DNA of 64,000 bases from Mobula birostris (lineage: Eukaryota): positions 21,801,309 through 21,865,308 of the forward strand of contig NC_092379.1 in assembly GCF_030028105.1 (NCBI RefSeq). The letters run 5' to 3'. The position numbers were made by a program, and so were the translations under genes. A model generated the notes under the pieces. It was given only the letters and a program-made list of their open reading frames with translations, was not told the DNA's origin and ran no database searches. This document shows, piece by piece, positions 13,940 to 27,459 of this stretch. Every line of letters begins with the position of its first letter. Within the stretch, counting starts at the first letter, position 1.

Positions 13940-16900
13940 TCAAGGGGCCGTGCCAGCTATCCATACTCCCGGAAGCTGGTGCAGTTGGGAGTGTCTCATA
14001 ACAAAGACTTCCGGCTGTTCATGCTCGCCATTGAGAATGCCATGGACACAATCTGTGATATCCCTGATCCTGACAGCAGGGATGCAGCATACCATCTGTG
14101 TGTCAGTATCGCACCCACAGAACCTCATCCTGATCCTCTGTCTGAGGAATCTCCTATCATCACTGCATTCCTCTTCGCCTCTCTCCTCTTCTGAGCCACA
14201 TCACCAGACTCAGTGCCAGAGACCCAGTCACTCTGACTCCCCTTCAATATTATATAAAGTTATAGATTTATTATTGAGGGGAACAGCCACAGGTGTTCTC
14301 TGCACTTCTTGTACATTTGCCCTCCTTCTCCTGACAGTCACCCAGACACCTGTCTCCTGCAACCTTGGGGTGATCTCATCCCTGTAGCCCCTGTCTATCA
14401 CCTCCTCATATCTACCACTTCTTCAACCATTCTTCTGATATTTCTTAGTATTTCTGTAGCCTCTCTGCTTCCTCAACTCTGCCTTCCCCTCCACCTCTCT
14501 TTGTATCATCTGCAAACATGGACATAAAAGCCATCAATTCCGTTATCCAAATTATTGACAATTGACATGAAAAGAAGCAGTTGCAACACAGACCCTTGTG
14601 GAGCACCACTATTCACTGGCAGCTAACCAGAAAAGACCCTCTTTTCTTTGCCTCCTGCCAATCAGCCAGTGTTCCATCCATGCCAGTGTCTTTCCTGGAA
14701 TACCATGGCTTCTAACACACATAAAATGCTGAAGGAGCTCAGCAGACCTGGCAGCATCTGTGAAAAAGAGTCAATCATCAATGTTTCAGTCTGATGAAGG
14801 CTCTTGGCCCAAGACATTGTTTGTTTACTCTTTTCCATAGTTACCGCCTGGCGTCATCCCACCTTTAGAATATTTCTTCTTTGGGATGCATCTATCTTGC
14901 GCCTTCTGATTTGCACTCAGAATCACCAGCCATTGCAGCCCTGCCATCATCCCTGCTAGTGTCCCCTTCCAATCAATTTTGGCCTGCTCCTCTCAGTGTC
15001 TTCTGCCCTATCCACAACTCCACCAGCCTTGGAATCATGCACAAATTTACCAACCAACCCATCTACACTTTCATCCAGATCATTTATATACATTACAAAC
15101 AACGATAGTCCCAGTACAGACACCTGTGGAACTCCACTAATCACAGCCCTCCAGGTTGAACATGTCCCTTCAACCACTAGCCACTCTCTTTTATGTGTAA
15201 GCCAGTTCTGAATCCAAAAAGATGATTAGACAATAGACAACAGGTGCAGGAGTAGGCCATTCAGCCCTTTGAGCCAGCATCACCATTCACTGTGATCATG
15301 GCTGATCATCCACAATCAGTACCCTTTTCCTGCCTTCTCCCCATATCCCTTCACTCCACTATCTTTAAGAGCTCTATCTAACTCTTTTTTGAAAGAATCC
15401 AGAGAATTGGCCTCCACCGTCTTCTGAGGCAGAGCATTCCACAGAACCACAGCTCTCTGTGTGAAGAAGTTTTTCCTCAACATTCTAAATTGTCTACCCC
15501 TTATTCTTAAACTGTGGCCTCTGGCTCTGGACTCCCCCAACATGGGGAACATGCTTCCTGCCTCTAGCGTGTCCAATCCCTTAATAATCTTACATGTTTC
15601 AATCAGATCCCCCCCTCATCCTTCTAAATTCCAGTGTATACAACCCCAGTCGCTCCAGTCTTTCAACATATGACAGTACCGCCAACCCAGGAATTAACCT
15701 CGTGAACCTACGCTGCACTCCCTCAATAGCAAGGATGTCCTTCCTCAAATTTGGAGAGGAAATCTGCACACAGTACTCCAGGTGAGGTCTCACCAGGGCC
15801 CTGTACAACTGCAGAAGGACCTCCTTGCTCCTATACTCAATTCCCCTTGTTATGAAGGCCAGCATGCCATTAGCTTTCTTCACTGCCTGCTGTACCTGCA
15901 CGCTTACTTTCAGTGACTGATGAACAAGGACTTCCCCTTTTCCTAACTTGACACCATTCAGATAGTAATCTGCCTTTCTGTTCTTGCCACCAAAGTGGAT
16001 AACCTCACATTTATCCACATTAAACTGCACCTGCCATGCATCTGCCCACTCACCCAAGCTGTCCAAGTCACCCTGCATTCTCATAACACCCTCCTCACAT
16101 TTCACACTGCCAGCCAGCTTTGTGTCATCTGCAAATTTGCTAATGTTACTTTTAATCCCTTCATCTAAATCATTAATGTATATTGTAAATAGCTGCGGTC
16201 CCAGCACCGAGCCTTGCGGTACCCCACTTGTCACTGCCTGACATTCTGAAAAAGACCTATTAATCTCTGCTCTTTGTTTCCTGTCTGCCAACCAATTTTC
16301 TATCCATGTCAGTACCCTATCCCCAATACCATTTGCTCTAATTTTGCACACTAACCTCCTATGTGGGACCTTATCAAAGGCTTTCTGAAAGTCCAGGTAC
16401 ACTACATCCACTGGCTTTCCCATATCCATTTTCATAGTCACGTTCTCAAGCATGATTTCCTCTTCATAAATCTATGCTGACTCGGACCTATCCTGCCACT
16501 GCTATCCAAATATGTCACTATTACATCTTTTATAATTGATTCCAGTATCTTCCCCACCACTGATGTCAGACTAACTGGTCTACAATTGCTTGTTTTCTCT
16601 CTCTCTCCTTCTTTAAAAGGTGGGATAACATTAGCTACCCTCCAATTTGTAAGAACTGATCCTGAATCTATAGAACATTGGAAAATAATTACCAATGCAT
16701 CCACGATTTCGAGAGCCACCTCCTTAAGTACCCTGGGATGCAGACCATCAGGCCCTGGGGATTTATCAACCTTCAGTCCGATCAGTTTACTCAACACCAT
16801 TTTGTGCCTGATATGAATTTCCCTCGGTTCCTCTGTTACCCCAGGTCCTCTGGCCACTATTACATCTGGGAGATTGTTCGTAACTTCCCTAGTGAAGACA

Positions 16901-19900
16901 GATCCAAACCACCTGTTCAGCTCGTCTGCCATTTCCTTGTTCCTCATAATAATTTCCCCGTTTCTGCCTTCAAGGGCTCAACTTTGGTCTTAACTATTTT
17001 TTCCCTCTTCACATACCTAAAGAAGCTATGACTATCCTCCTTTATATTTTTGGCTAGCTTACCTTCGTATCTCATCTTTTCCCCTCATATTGCCTTTTTA
17101 GTTATCTTCTGTTACTCCTTAAAAGTCTCCCAATGCTATGGCTTCCCACTCATCCTTGCTATGTTATACTTCCTCTCTTTTATTTTTATAATTTACCACG
17201 TATCCCATGCATCTTAATCTTCTGGATTAGCCTCCCATGGGGGACTTCGTCAAATGCCTTGCTAAAATCCATGTGGACAGTATCCACTGCCTTGCCTTCA
17301 TCAATCTGGCTTGGCACCTTGTCAAAAAACCCAATTAAGTTGGTAAGGCACAACTTGTGCCACAGAAAGTCGTGCTAGCTCTCCCTTCTTAGGCCTTGGG
17401 TTTCCAAATACTCAGATAATCTTTCTCCAAGATTTTTCCTTAGCAATTTCCCTTCAATTTACGTGAGACTCACCAGTCTATAGTTCACAGGATTTTGCCT
17501 TGTTCCCTTCTTAAGTAGAGGTACAACATTAGCCTCTATGGATTTCAGCGAGGCATTTGATAAAGTACCCCACGCAAGGCTTATTGAGAAAGTAAGGTGG
17601 CATGGTATCCAAGGGGACCTTGCTTTGTGGATCTAGAACTGGCTTGCCCACAGAAGGCAGAGGGTTGTTTAGACAGGTCATATTCTGTATGGAGGTTGGT
17701 GACCGGTGGTGTGCCTCATCTGGGACCTCATCTCTTCGTGATTTTTATAAATGACTTGGATGAGGGATGGGTTAGTAAATTTGCTGATGACACAAAGGTT
17801 GGGGGTGTTGTGGATAGTGTGGAGGGCTGTCAGAGTTTACAGCAGGACATCAATAGGATGTAAAACTGGGCTGAGAAGTGGCAGTTGGAGTTAAACCCCG
17901 GTAAGTGTGAGCTGGTTTATTTTGGTAGGTCAAATATCATGGCAGAATATAGTATTAATAGTAAGACTCTTGGCAGTGTGGAGGATCAGAGGAATCTTGG
18001 GCTCCATGTCCACAGGACACTCAAAGCTGCGACACAGGTTGACAGTGTGGTTAAGAAGGCATATGGTACGCTGGCCTTCATCATCTGTGGGATTGAGTTC
18101 AAGAGCTGAGAGATAATGTTGCAGCTGTATAGGACCGTGCTCAGACCCCACAGAGTACTGTGCTCAGTTCTGGTCACCTCACTAGAGGAAGGATGTGGAA
18201 AATATAGAAAGGGTGCAGAGGTAATTTACAAGGATGTTGCCTGGATTGGGGAGCACGCCTTACGAGAATAGGTTGAGCAAATTTAGCCTTTTCTGCTTGG
18301 AGTGACGAAGGATGAGAGGTGACCTGATAGAGGTGTACAAGATGATGAGAGACATTAATTGTGTGGATAGTCAGAGGCTTTTCCCCAGAACTGAAATGGT
18401 TAACAAGAGAGGGCACAGTTTTAAGGTCAGAGGAGATGTCAGGGGTAAGTTTTTACACAGAGAGTGGTGAGTGTGTGGAATAGGCTGCCGACGATGGAGG
18501 TGAAGGCGGATACAATAAGGTCTTTTAAGAGGCTGCTGGATAGGTCCATGGATCTTAGAAAAATAGAGGGCTCTGGGTAACCTACGTAATTTCTAAAGTA
18601 AGAACATGTTCGGCACAGCATTGTGGGCCACAGGGCCTGTATTGTGCTGTAAGTTTTCTAAGTTTCTATGTAACATTAGTCCTGAGGACTTATCCATCTT
18701 AATCCTTTTTTGGAGGCCCAACACTTCCTCTGCCTTTACCTCTAAATTCCCTAATTTATTTATACACTCAGCACTGTTCTTCTGGTCCTCCACATCTTTT
18801 CCCTTTGTAAATACTGAAGCAAAGAACTTATTAAGTTCCTCACTCACATTCTCTGCATCCAAGCAAATGTTCCCCCCTTTATCATTGAGTTGTCCCACCA
18901 TCTCCTGAGTTATCCTCTTGGTCTTGATGTATGTATAAAACGCCTTGGGATTCTCCTTAATCCAACTTATCAAGGACTTTTCATGGCCTCTCCTGGCTTT
19001 CCTAATTCCCTAATTCCCTTTAGTTCCTTTCTGGCTTCTTTATACCCCTCATGTGCTTTGTTTGATTCAACCTTCTGAAGCCTTACAAACTTTATCTTTT
19101 TTTCTTGACTAAATTCATCACTTCTCTGGACATGCAGGGTTCCCTTATCTTTCCATGCCCATCCTTCCTTCTGACAGGAATATACCTTTCCTGCATTCTG
19201 CGCAATTGCTCTTTAAACACACTCCACATGTCTGATGTGGACTTGCCAGAGAAAAGGTGTTTCCAATTAACTCTTCTTAGTTCCTGCTGAATGCCCTTGT
19301 TCCCTTACTGTTCACCCACTGAAAGGTCAGTCACCTAGCCAGGCTCATTCCCCAACACCTGTAACAGAATGGCCCCCTCCTTTCATTGGACTGTGCACAT
19401 ACTGATTTAAGAAACCTTCCTGGACGCACATACACTAAGATAGTCCCAGTTGATATTAGGGAAGTTGAAACCCTCCATGACGACAACAAAAATATTATTT
19501 TTATACTTTTGGTGAACCTAATTACATATCCATTCCTCAATGTCCTGGTGGCTTTTAAGGGGTCTGTAGTACAATCCCATTAGTGTGATTGCACCCTCCT
19601 TAAAGAACCTGGTACATTAATCACCCATTCCTGCCCCTCTCTTGACCAGGTTTCTGAAATGTCTATAAGATTGTAGTTCCACAAACTGCTCCATGCTCTA
19701 ATTTCATCTTGGCTAAAGGATGGCTGCCATTGGGAGCTGAACGTCCAAGGATATATGGTGTATCGGAAAGATAGGTTAGTAGGCAGAAGGGGTGGTGCGG
19801 CCCTGTTCATAAGAAATAATATTAAGTCATTAGAAAGGGGTGACATAGAATCGGAAGGTGTAGAGTCTCTACGGGTTGAGTTAAGGAATGGCAAGGGTAA

Positions 19901-20990
19901 AAGGAACCCAGTGGCAGTTGTAGACAGGCCTCTAAACAGCAGCCAGGATGTGGATTAAAAATTACAGCAGGAGAAAGAAAAGACATATGCAGTATATTGG
20001 ACAAGTAGGTGCAGTGAAAATGACGACTGAGAAGGTGCTCAGGAAGCTGAATGGTCTGAGGTTGGATAAATCTCCTGGACCTGATGGAATGTACCCTCGG
20101 GTTCTGAAGGAAGTAGCCTTTCAATACCTTTCCTGACATCTAACTTCTGGTCAGGTCCTTCCCCTACTGACCTGGGGCTCTGGCTCTCAGCCCCTGCAAG
20201 ACGAGCTTAAACTCTCCCAAGTAGCATCAGCAAAGCCAGGATATTGGTTCCACTCCAGTTCAATCAACGTGCATATTGAAATTCACGATGACTATCTTAA
20301 CATTGCACTTTTGACATGCACTTTCTGTCCGCGGTTGTAATTTGTAGACTACATCTTTGCTATACTGTTTGCAGGTCTGTATATAACTCCCATCAGGGTG
20401 TTTCACTCTTCCAGATTCTGAGCTCTACCCAGAACGATTCTACGCCTTCCGATCCTATGTCACCTCTTTCTAATGATTTCATTTAATTTTTTACCAATAC
20501 TGCCACACCACGCCTTCTGCCTACTTCCCTGTCCTTTCGATACAATGTGTATCCTTGGACATTAAGCTCACAGCTATAATCTTTCAGCCACAATTCGGTG
20601 ATGCCCAGAAAGTCAATATGTAGCTGGGCTTCAAGTTCATCGAGTTTATTCCATACCCTGCGTGCATTCAAATATAACACCTTCAGTCCTGTATTCATCA
20701 CATTTTAAATTTGCGTCCTCTTTTACATTGCAACTCATCCCGTTAACTGTAATTTTACCTGGTCATCAGCTTCTTCTTAGTAGCAGTCTCACTACACACT
20801 GCTCCTGTTTGTAAACATAACGATTTGATCCTCATCCCTATCACATCATTTCCCATCCCCCTGCCAGATTTGTTTAATCTCTTCTGAACAGCTCCAGCAA
20901 ACCTGTCTGCAAGGATATTTGTCCCCTGTGGATTCAGGTGTAACCTGTCCCTTTTGTACAGGTCATAACTTCTGCTTATCAAGGCCCAGA
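13940..20990. mobile_element. Stacked CR1 fragments; best preserved 3' piece at about 15230-17170 (minus)
   Basis: RT ORFs 15599-16453 and 16438-16947 (YLDFQKAFDKVPH, FADDTKL), plus further ORF1/EN/RT remnants. Confidence 0.85.
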
Positions 20991-21160
20991 GGCTCGGAGT
21001 AAAGAGGAAAGGTGTAAAGTCCCAGGGGTTGTGAAGGCCTCAGACTGCGTTGTCTGTTGATTGTGCTGTCGTTGGGATTGCAGTGTCAGAGAATGCAATG
21101 TGAGGTAAGGAAGGTGAAAGTTTGTGTTTCATGGGATGTCTCTGTTAGTCAATTAGTTAC

Positions 21161-21303
21161 CTTGACAACGGTGACTAAGGTGCTGTAGAGGAAACTGATG
21201 ATGAACAGAATGACAAAGGCAACAACCGTAAGCACATTGTCATCTCCGTCCACGTGTCCCTGTTCTTCCTTCCCCTCCTCTCCTGTCAAGTCTGTGCAGG
21301 TTT
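21161..21303 (-). CDS. IgW: IgW transmembrane exon TM1
   Basis: Acceptor tctttcag|AA; acidic spacer, then VVAFVILFIISFLYSTLVTVVK with the antigen-receptor TM motif (F..LF..S..YST..T); phase-0 GTAACT donor or read-through VTN*. Confidence 0.92.
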
Positions 21304-23452
21304 CTGAAAGAATAGAGAAAGTGAGAAGGTTAGTTTCTTGTCGTTGTTTCTTGAAGATCAACATGGCAATAAAGTTGAGTAAACTTGATGACTTGTTTCT
21401 TCACAGCATGTCATTTGTAACCTGTGAGCCCCTGGACAGAACTAAATGAACTAGTTTCTCTGAATCAACTATGTTCGCTCTGCTAAAAATATTGACCAGG
21501 TCTTCACTTAATGTTCATTAACCATCATCCCAACTTGTAATTTGCTCTGGGGAGTTCATGTATGTTCAGCAGTCCCTCCAAGACAGTTTGTCCAAAGACC
21601 TGGAGTTGGTTCCTGCCTATTCATTTCATCGATTATTATCTCTGTAGTTAAAGCTTTCCAGATGCTGACAGGTCTGCCAGCCTTGTGTGAGTGGCAAAAA
21701 TTATTCATCTGTGTTTCTACCCAATATCTAAACCATGAATAAATCTAGTGAATAGTGTCATCACTGAACACATTGCTGCAGGTCAGAGGACATCACTGGC
21801 TACATATTGTCCCTTCTTTCTGTAACTCTCCACTTTCTGAATGAGTTCACCAATTGTCTTCACACAGTTGATGAAATACCTTTCCCTGTCTATTAAACTT
21901 TGAAATTGTGGACCAATCCAAAATTTTCTATCATTTGCACAGTGGAAACGATAGTACACATTTACCAAAATCTACTTGAATGTCTGTCTGTCTGTCTGTA
22001 CAATGAAGGACAGAACCAACCAGGCAACACTTCTAGCCCCTCAGGTTTAAGTCACACAATTGTATCCCAAAACATACCGGCACGGAACACTGGCAGCCAA
22101 ATGCTTTCCATACCTTCTTATTGAACTTTGATTACACAAACACAGGCTGACTTTTAACCTGTCAAGTAGTCTACACAAGTTTCCAACAGGATCAGACCTG
22201 ACACAAGGAAGTTTTAACAAAATCCGCAGGATCTCAGAAATGTTGGTAATTTATTTTGATGTACTTAGTCATGGAATATATATTTCCATTTTGAGCCAAT
22301 GAGAAAGGACTTGCAGGTAACCTTGCTTGTTTCAGAGACGTAAACCACACTGTTGGAGGATCAACCATCAGTTGAAGGTTGACAACTGGACTTGTTGGTC
22401 ACTCTGTCCATGGGAATCTCTGCTGCAGAGAACCCAGTGACCCAACTTCTTTCCGTCTCATCTGGTGGGGAAGGGTAACTTCAGAGGGTCCCTATTGGGA
22501 ATGGACTTTTTCATTTGCATGATGTTCACCTGGAATATTCTGCTCTTACACCATCGAGGCCAATGTTTACACCACTAGTGATCTCTCCACATCTAAAATG
22601 TAAAAGTTTTTACTTTTGGAAATGAAAGATAAATTGTGGAAAGTGTTCAGTGGGTTAGAGAACACTTGTGAACAGAGAAAGGGATAACACTGAGATAGCA
22701 TCACAAGTGTACTCTGTACCATTGCTTCAGCACTAGTTCTGTGCCTGGCTGAGTACTGTGCATCTCTCTGGTTTACTGGAACTCAACAACTGTCTGATGT
22801 CCAGTTACATTCCACAATGCCTGATCCAGTGGAACTCAGTTCCTCCAGTTCTGCTGACAATAGTCTCTGAGACGTTGGTGTGGAAACATTGACCCTGCAG
22901 TCATTATTTCATCATTCCCTCACTGACAAGGCCGGCATTCCTTACTCTGCTCCAGCAGGTCCATCAGAGAGCAATGAAGAGTTTGATGTGAGACTGATGG
23001 ATACGGGTAAACAGGGTAGGAAGGCCAGGGTCCTTCACCAAAGAACATCAGTGAAATAGTTTGTAATCTAAAGCTACAATCTTTCACAGTCACCTCTGGT
23101 TGTGTGTTCACGCCATTGTCCTGAGGCTTGGGAACAGACTGTAGGTCAGTGATCCTGGTACTAGTACTGAGTGGATGCTACACTCTTGCACATCTGTCTG
23201 AGATGCGACAGAGGGGCCCAGATGGGTATTTACTGATGGACAGACAGACCTTGTGTTGGTAGTTTAGAAGAGAGTTAAGTTTTGAAAGCATCGGATGAAC
23301 TCTGCTTCTTTCCCACTCTCTGCCTCTGCATTATTAATCCACTCACACAACTACAACAATGCCAGACTTGCCGTTACCTATTGACCTTGCTTGTCCCTGG
23401 GTTGTGACTGTGGCAGAGGATGTCAACAGTGGAGTGAATCTCAGAATCATAC

Positions 23453-23776
23453 CTTGAATGTTTTTCACATCCTGCCTGACACTGGTGTTGGAGGGGGGAT
23501 GAGACACTGTGCATCTGAAAACTGAGCCTTCCTTCCACTCCTCTGTGCTCACGGTCAGGACGTAGCTGGCAATGAAAGTCCCTGCCTGTTCCAGAGCAGT
23601 TGGTCTCACACTGGTGTTGGAAGAGATCAGAGAGTCCCCTTTCTCCCAGGTGACGGTTATTTGGTCCGGGTAGAATCCAGAAGCAACACACTCGAGGGTG
23701 ACCGTGTTCCCACTCTTGGTCTCTCCCTCTGGCGGTGGCAGCAGTCTGACTTTGGGACCTTTTGTCTCCAGTGGAA
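23453..23776 (-). CDS. IgW: IgW CH8 exon (paralog of CH4)
   Basis: 324 nt, open; VPLETKGPKVRLLPPP...LECVASGFYPDQITVTW...FRCTVSHPPS; donor G|GTATGA. Confidence 0.88.
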
Positions 23777-23859
23777 CTGATGGGCAAACAATGGAAATGT
23801 CAAACATTTTTACTGAGGTAACCAACGTTGTCCATTTTAATCGCTGACCTCTTGCCCAC

Positions 23860-24162
23860 CTTTGGTACTTTTTGTCCGTGCTGATACTGGTGAGGTTGCA
23901 GAAGGTTGTTGGGCAGAGCAAGTGTACTCCACCCCACTGGTCCACTCCTCCACACTGGTCTGGAGTTGGCTGATCACTGTGTCTTGGGTTCCTTCCTCTC
24001 TCAGTTTTTTGGTGACATTTGCTTTGATTTTCTCCCTCTCATTCACCTTCCAGTGGATTTGGACCTGGCTCAGATCAGCACCCACAATCATACACACCAG
24101 AGTAGCGGTCTGGTTGATCCACATCTCTTCAATGGAGGGATTTTGGATAAAGACAGACAACT
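23860..24162 (-). CDS. IgW: IgW CH7 exon (paralog of CH3)
   Basis: 303 nt, open, same length and splice sites as CH3; about 53/101 aa identical by manual count. Confidence 0.9.
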
Positions 24163-25169
24163 CTGTAGATTAGAAATAGAAAATTTACAAACTGGACAAT
24201 ATCTGCCGTCAGCTGGCTTGACAACTTCAGCTCAGACTTATCCTGTGCAGAATTGTACATCGGAATGAAATCAGGTTTGTTTACAGAGTGGGTTGCTCAT
24301 CTCTGCTTACAACCTCTGACTGAGAAAACAAAATCAAACATCAAGGAGCTTATTTCCTCGGGACTCAGTTGGGTCACAGCTTGAACTGTGGGACATTTGC
24401 CCAGCTACATGACATTTAGCTGCTAGAATGCCAATAAAATGTGCTATCGGAGCTGTGAATTGCAATGAGAAATGCAGTTTCTGATCAAAGACAGCATTTC
24501 CTGCAACCTTCTTGTCTCAGTGCAGGTGAGAGTCTGTAGATCCATTTGTGACATTGACCTGAATCAATGAGCTGCCTCATATCTGTTCAGACTGATCCTG
24601 GGATTCCTCCAGATTGAAAATTCTGATTCTGACTTTCGAATCCCTCATGAAAAATCTCTCTTTTCATCTCTGTAACTTGCCTGCCCCAGTCAATGATTTC
24701 ACTTTGTTCCATAGACATGGCTTTGTGTCCCATCATCCACATCATTAGTTATATCAGTGAATAGTTGCAGGGCCGACAAAGATCATTGCAGGACACTGCT
24801 CACGATTAAATCCTGCTGGGTTCAGTCCCCTGTCACATGACACAGTGATAATGGAGTTGTTGATGAATGATTGCAAACAATTTCAGTCCATTAGTCTACA
24901 GCAGATCCAGGCATGGTGTGGGGGCAGCCACCTCAGGCCAGCATCGGACAGTCACTGGAAGAGCTGAGCACTGTGATCAGTGGACACGAAATAGCACACC
25001 TGGATTTGAACCACGACATCTTGAAGAACTCTCTGAACAATGACCACTAACATATCTCCTGTGGAACCAGAGGAGCCAACACTTGACCACTGTGATACCA
25101 CCATCAACAACGGTTACCGTGCCAGCACGTGGCCACACTTTGGTGAGGCCGATGACCTGGCTGTACTTC

Positions 25170-27090
25170 AACTCCCAGCATATAGGCAGAGACTAAAGAC
25201 CACAGTGCTGGTAGTGAGGACCAAGAAGATTTGGTCAAGGAAGTCACAAGTGCGCTTACAGGAGTTTGAGCTGGTGAACTAGACAATATTCAGAGACCTT
25301 TCTTCCAATCTGAATGAATATGCCACAGTTGTCACTGACTTCATCAAGACCTGTGTGGATGAGTGTGTCCCTTCGAGAACATCCCGGATATCCCAAACCA
25401 AAAGCTGTGGATGGACCTGGAGATTTGTACTCTGCTGAGGCCTCGATTTATGGCAGTCTAGGCTGGTGACTCAACATAGGACAAGAAGCCCAGATACGAA
25501 CTGCGGTAGGCTATTGGTTAAGATGGTGCCAGAGTGCAATGCTCCCTCAGTCAACGTCTTCCAGATAGCTCACAAAAATATCCTTTTCTGGTCCTTTGCG
25601 TCTGTTTTTCTTCTTAAATATGTTTCTCAGACTGTTAGATTTCGAGACTGTGATTTAGATTGGATATTGTTTCAGTGATCCAGTGCTTTGCTATCTCCAA
25701 AAAGATTCCGAGTATGTACTCAGATGGCTTTGATGCAATGAAACTTCAAGACAGCGTGTGAGCCGACGATTGACTCCATTTCGCCATTTAAAGCATCCAT
25801 TAAGTGAGCGACAGTTTCATCGCCGATGCCTGTCTTTTTGTGGCTATCTGGAGAACACAAATTTCAAGTTGTATGTGGATACAGGCTTCGATAATAATGA
25901 ACCTTTGAACAATTCCAATTGAACTTAGAGAAGGAATCAGATCCCTTCAGCTCTGGCAGACTTTTCAGGCCATTACTTCCTACAAGGTGAAACCAAACAA
26001 CATGAATGGCAGTGATGCTTCATTCCCAGATGAGCTCAACGCCATTTAAGCACACTTTGAAAGGGAGAATAAAACTACATGTGGGTGAATCCCTGCAGTG
26101 TCTGTTGACCCTGTCATCTCTGTCTCGGATGCCAACGTCTGAGCAGCTTTCAAGAGGGTGAATCCTCACACTGAATCAGGCCCTGATGCTGTGCCTGGTA
26201 CGGAATTGAAAACTTGTGCAACCAACTGGTGGGAGTGTTCAGGAACATCTTCAATATCTCACTGCTGCAGTCAGAGGTTCCGATCTGTTTCAAAAGAGTG
26301 AGAATCATACCAGTGCCCAAGAACAGCAGGGTGAGCTGTCTCAATGACTATCACTCAGTTGCACCCACATCTACTGTGAGGAAATGCTTTGAGAGGTTGG
26401 TCATGGCCAGAATCAACTCCTGCTTAAGCAAGGACCTGGACCCACTGCAATTTGCCTGTTGCCACAATAGGTCTACAGCAGGTGGAATCTGACTGGCTCT
26501 CCACTCGGCCTTGGATCACCTGGACAATAACAATACCTGCTGAACGTCAGGATGTTGTTTACTGATTACAGCTCAGTGTTCAACACAATCATAACCTCAG
26601 TTCTAATCAACAAGCTCCAAAACCTGGGCCTCCAGACCTCTCTCCACAACTGGATCCTTGACATCCTCACTGGGAGACCACAGTCAGTGTGGATCTGAAT
26701 GAGCATCTCCTCCTCACTGACAATCAACACTGGAGCACCTCAAGGATGTGTGCTTAACCCACTGCTCTACTCTCTCTGCACCCACGACTGTGTGGCTAGG
26801 TAGAACTCAAGTGGCATTTATAAATTTACTGTTGAGCTATTGTAGGCTGAGTTTCAGGGTGATGAGGAGGCATACAAGAGCAGGATAGATCAGTTGGGTT
26901 CATGGCGTTTCAACAACAACCTTACTTTCAACGTCGGTAAGACGAAGCAATTGATTGCAGACTTCAGGAAGGGGAAGTCATAGGAACACACATCAGTCTT
27001 CATTGAAGGATCAGCAGTGGAAAGGTTGAGCAGTTTCAAGTTCCTGGGTGTCAAAATCTTTGAAGATCAATCCTGGGTCCAACACACCTA
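25170..27090 (+). mobile_element. Rex1/Babar-L2-like LINE remnant between CH6 and CH7
   Basis: RT motifs IIPVPK...CFERLV...LDPLQFA at 26214-26492. Confidence 0.8.
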
Positions 27091-27459
27091 TTTCTTTATT
27101 TGCATAGTTCTGATCTCATCCTTTGTCTCTTCTTCTAATCCTCTCTGTCTCTGTCTCCACTGAACTCACAAGAAGAAAACAGGAGGAAGTGCAGACCACC
27201 AGATTCCATCTTCTGGGCTAAGGTTTCTGGGAATTCATTCCATCTGAGGGAAGAAATCTCTGCACCACAGTTTCAAATGTCCTGCTCCTTACTTTGTAAC
27301 TCTGTCCCCTTGTTCGTTGCTGTATGACAGGTGAAATTCTCCCAACATCTACCCTCTCGTGCCCCTTTTACATCTGATATGTTTGTCCAGAAATCTGGAT
27401 TCTTGTCAACTGCAAGCAATGCAGACACAGACTGTCTGGTCTTGGTCATTGTCTGACAG

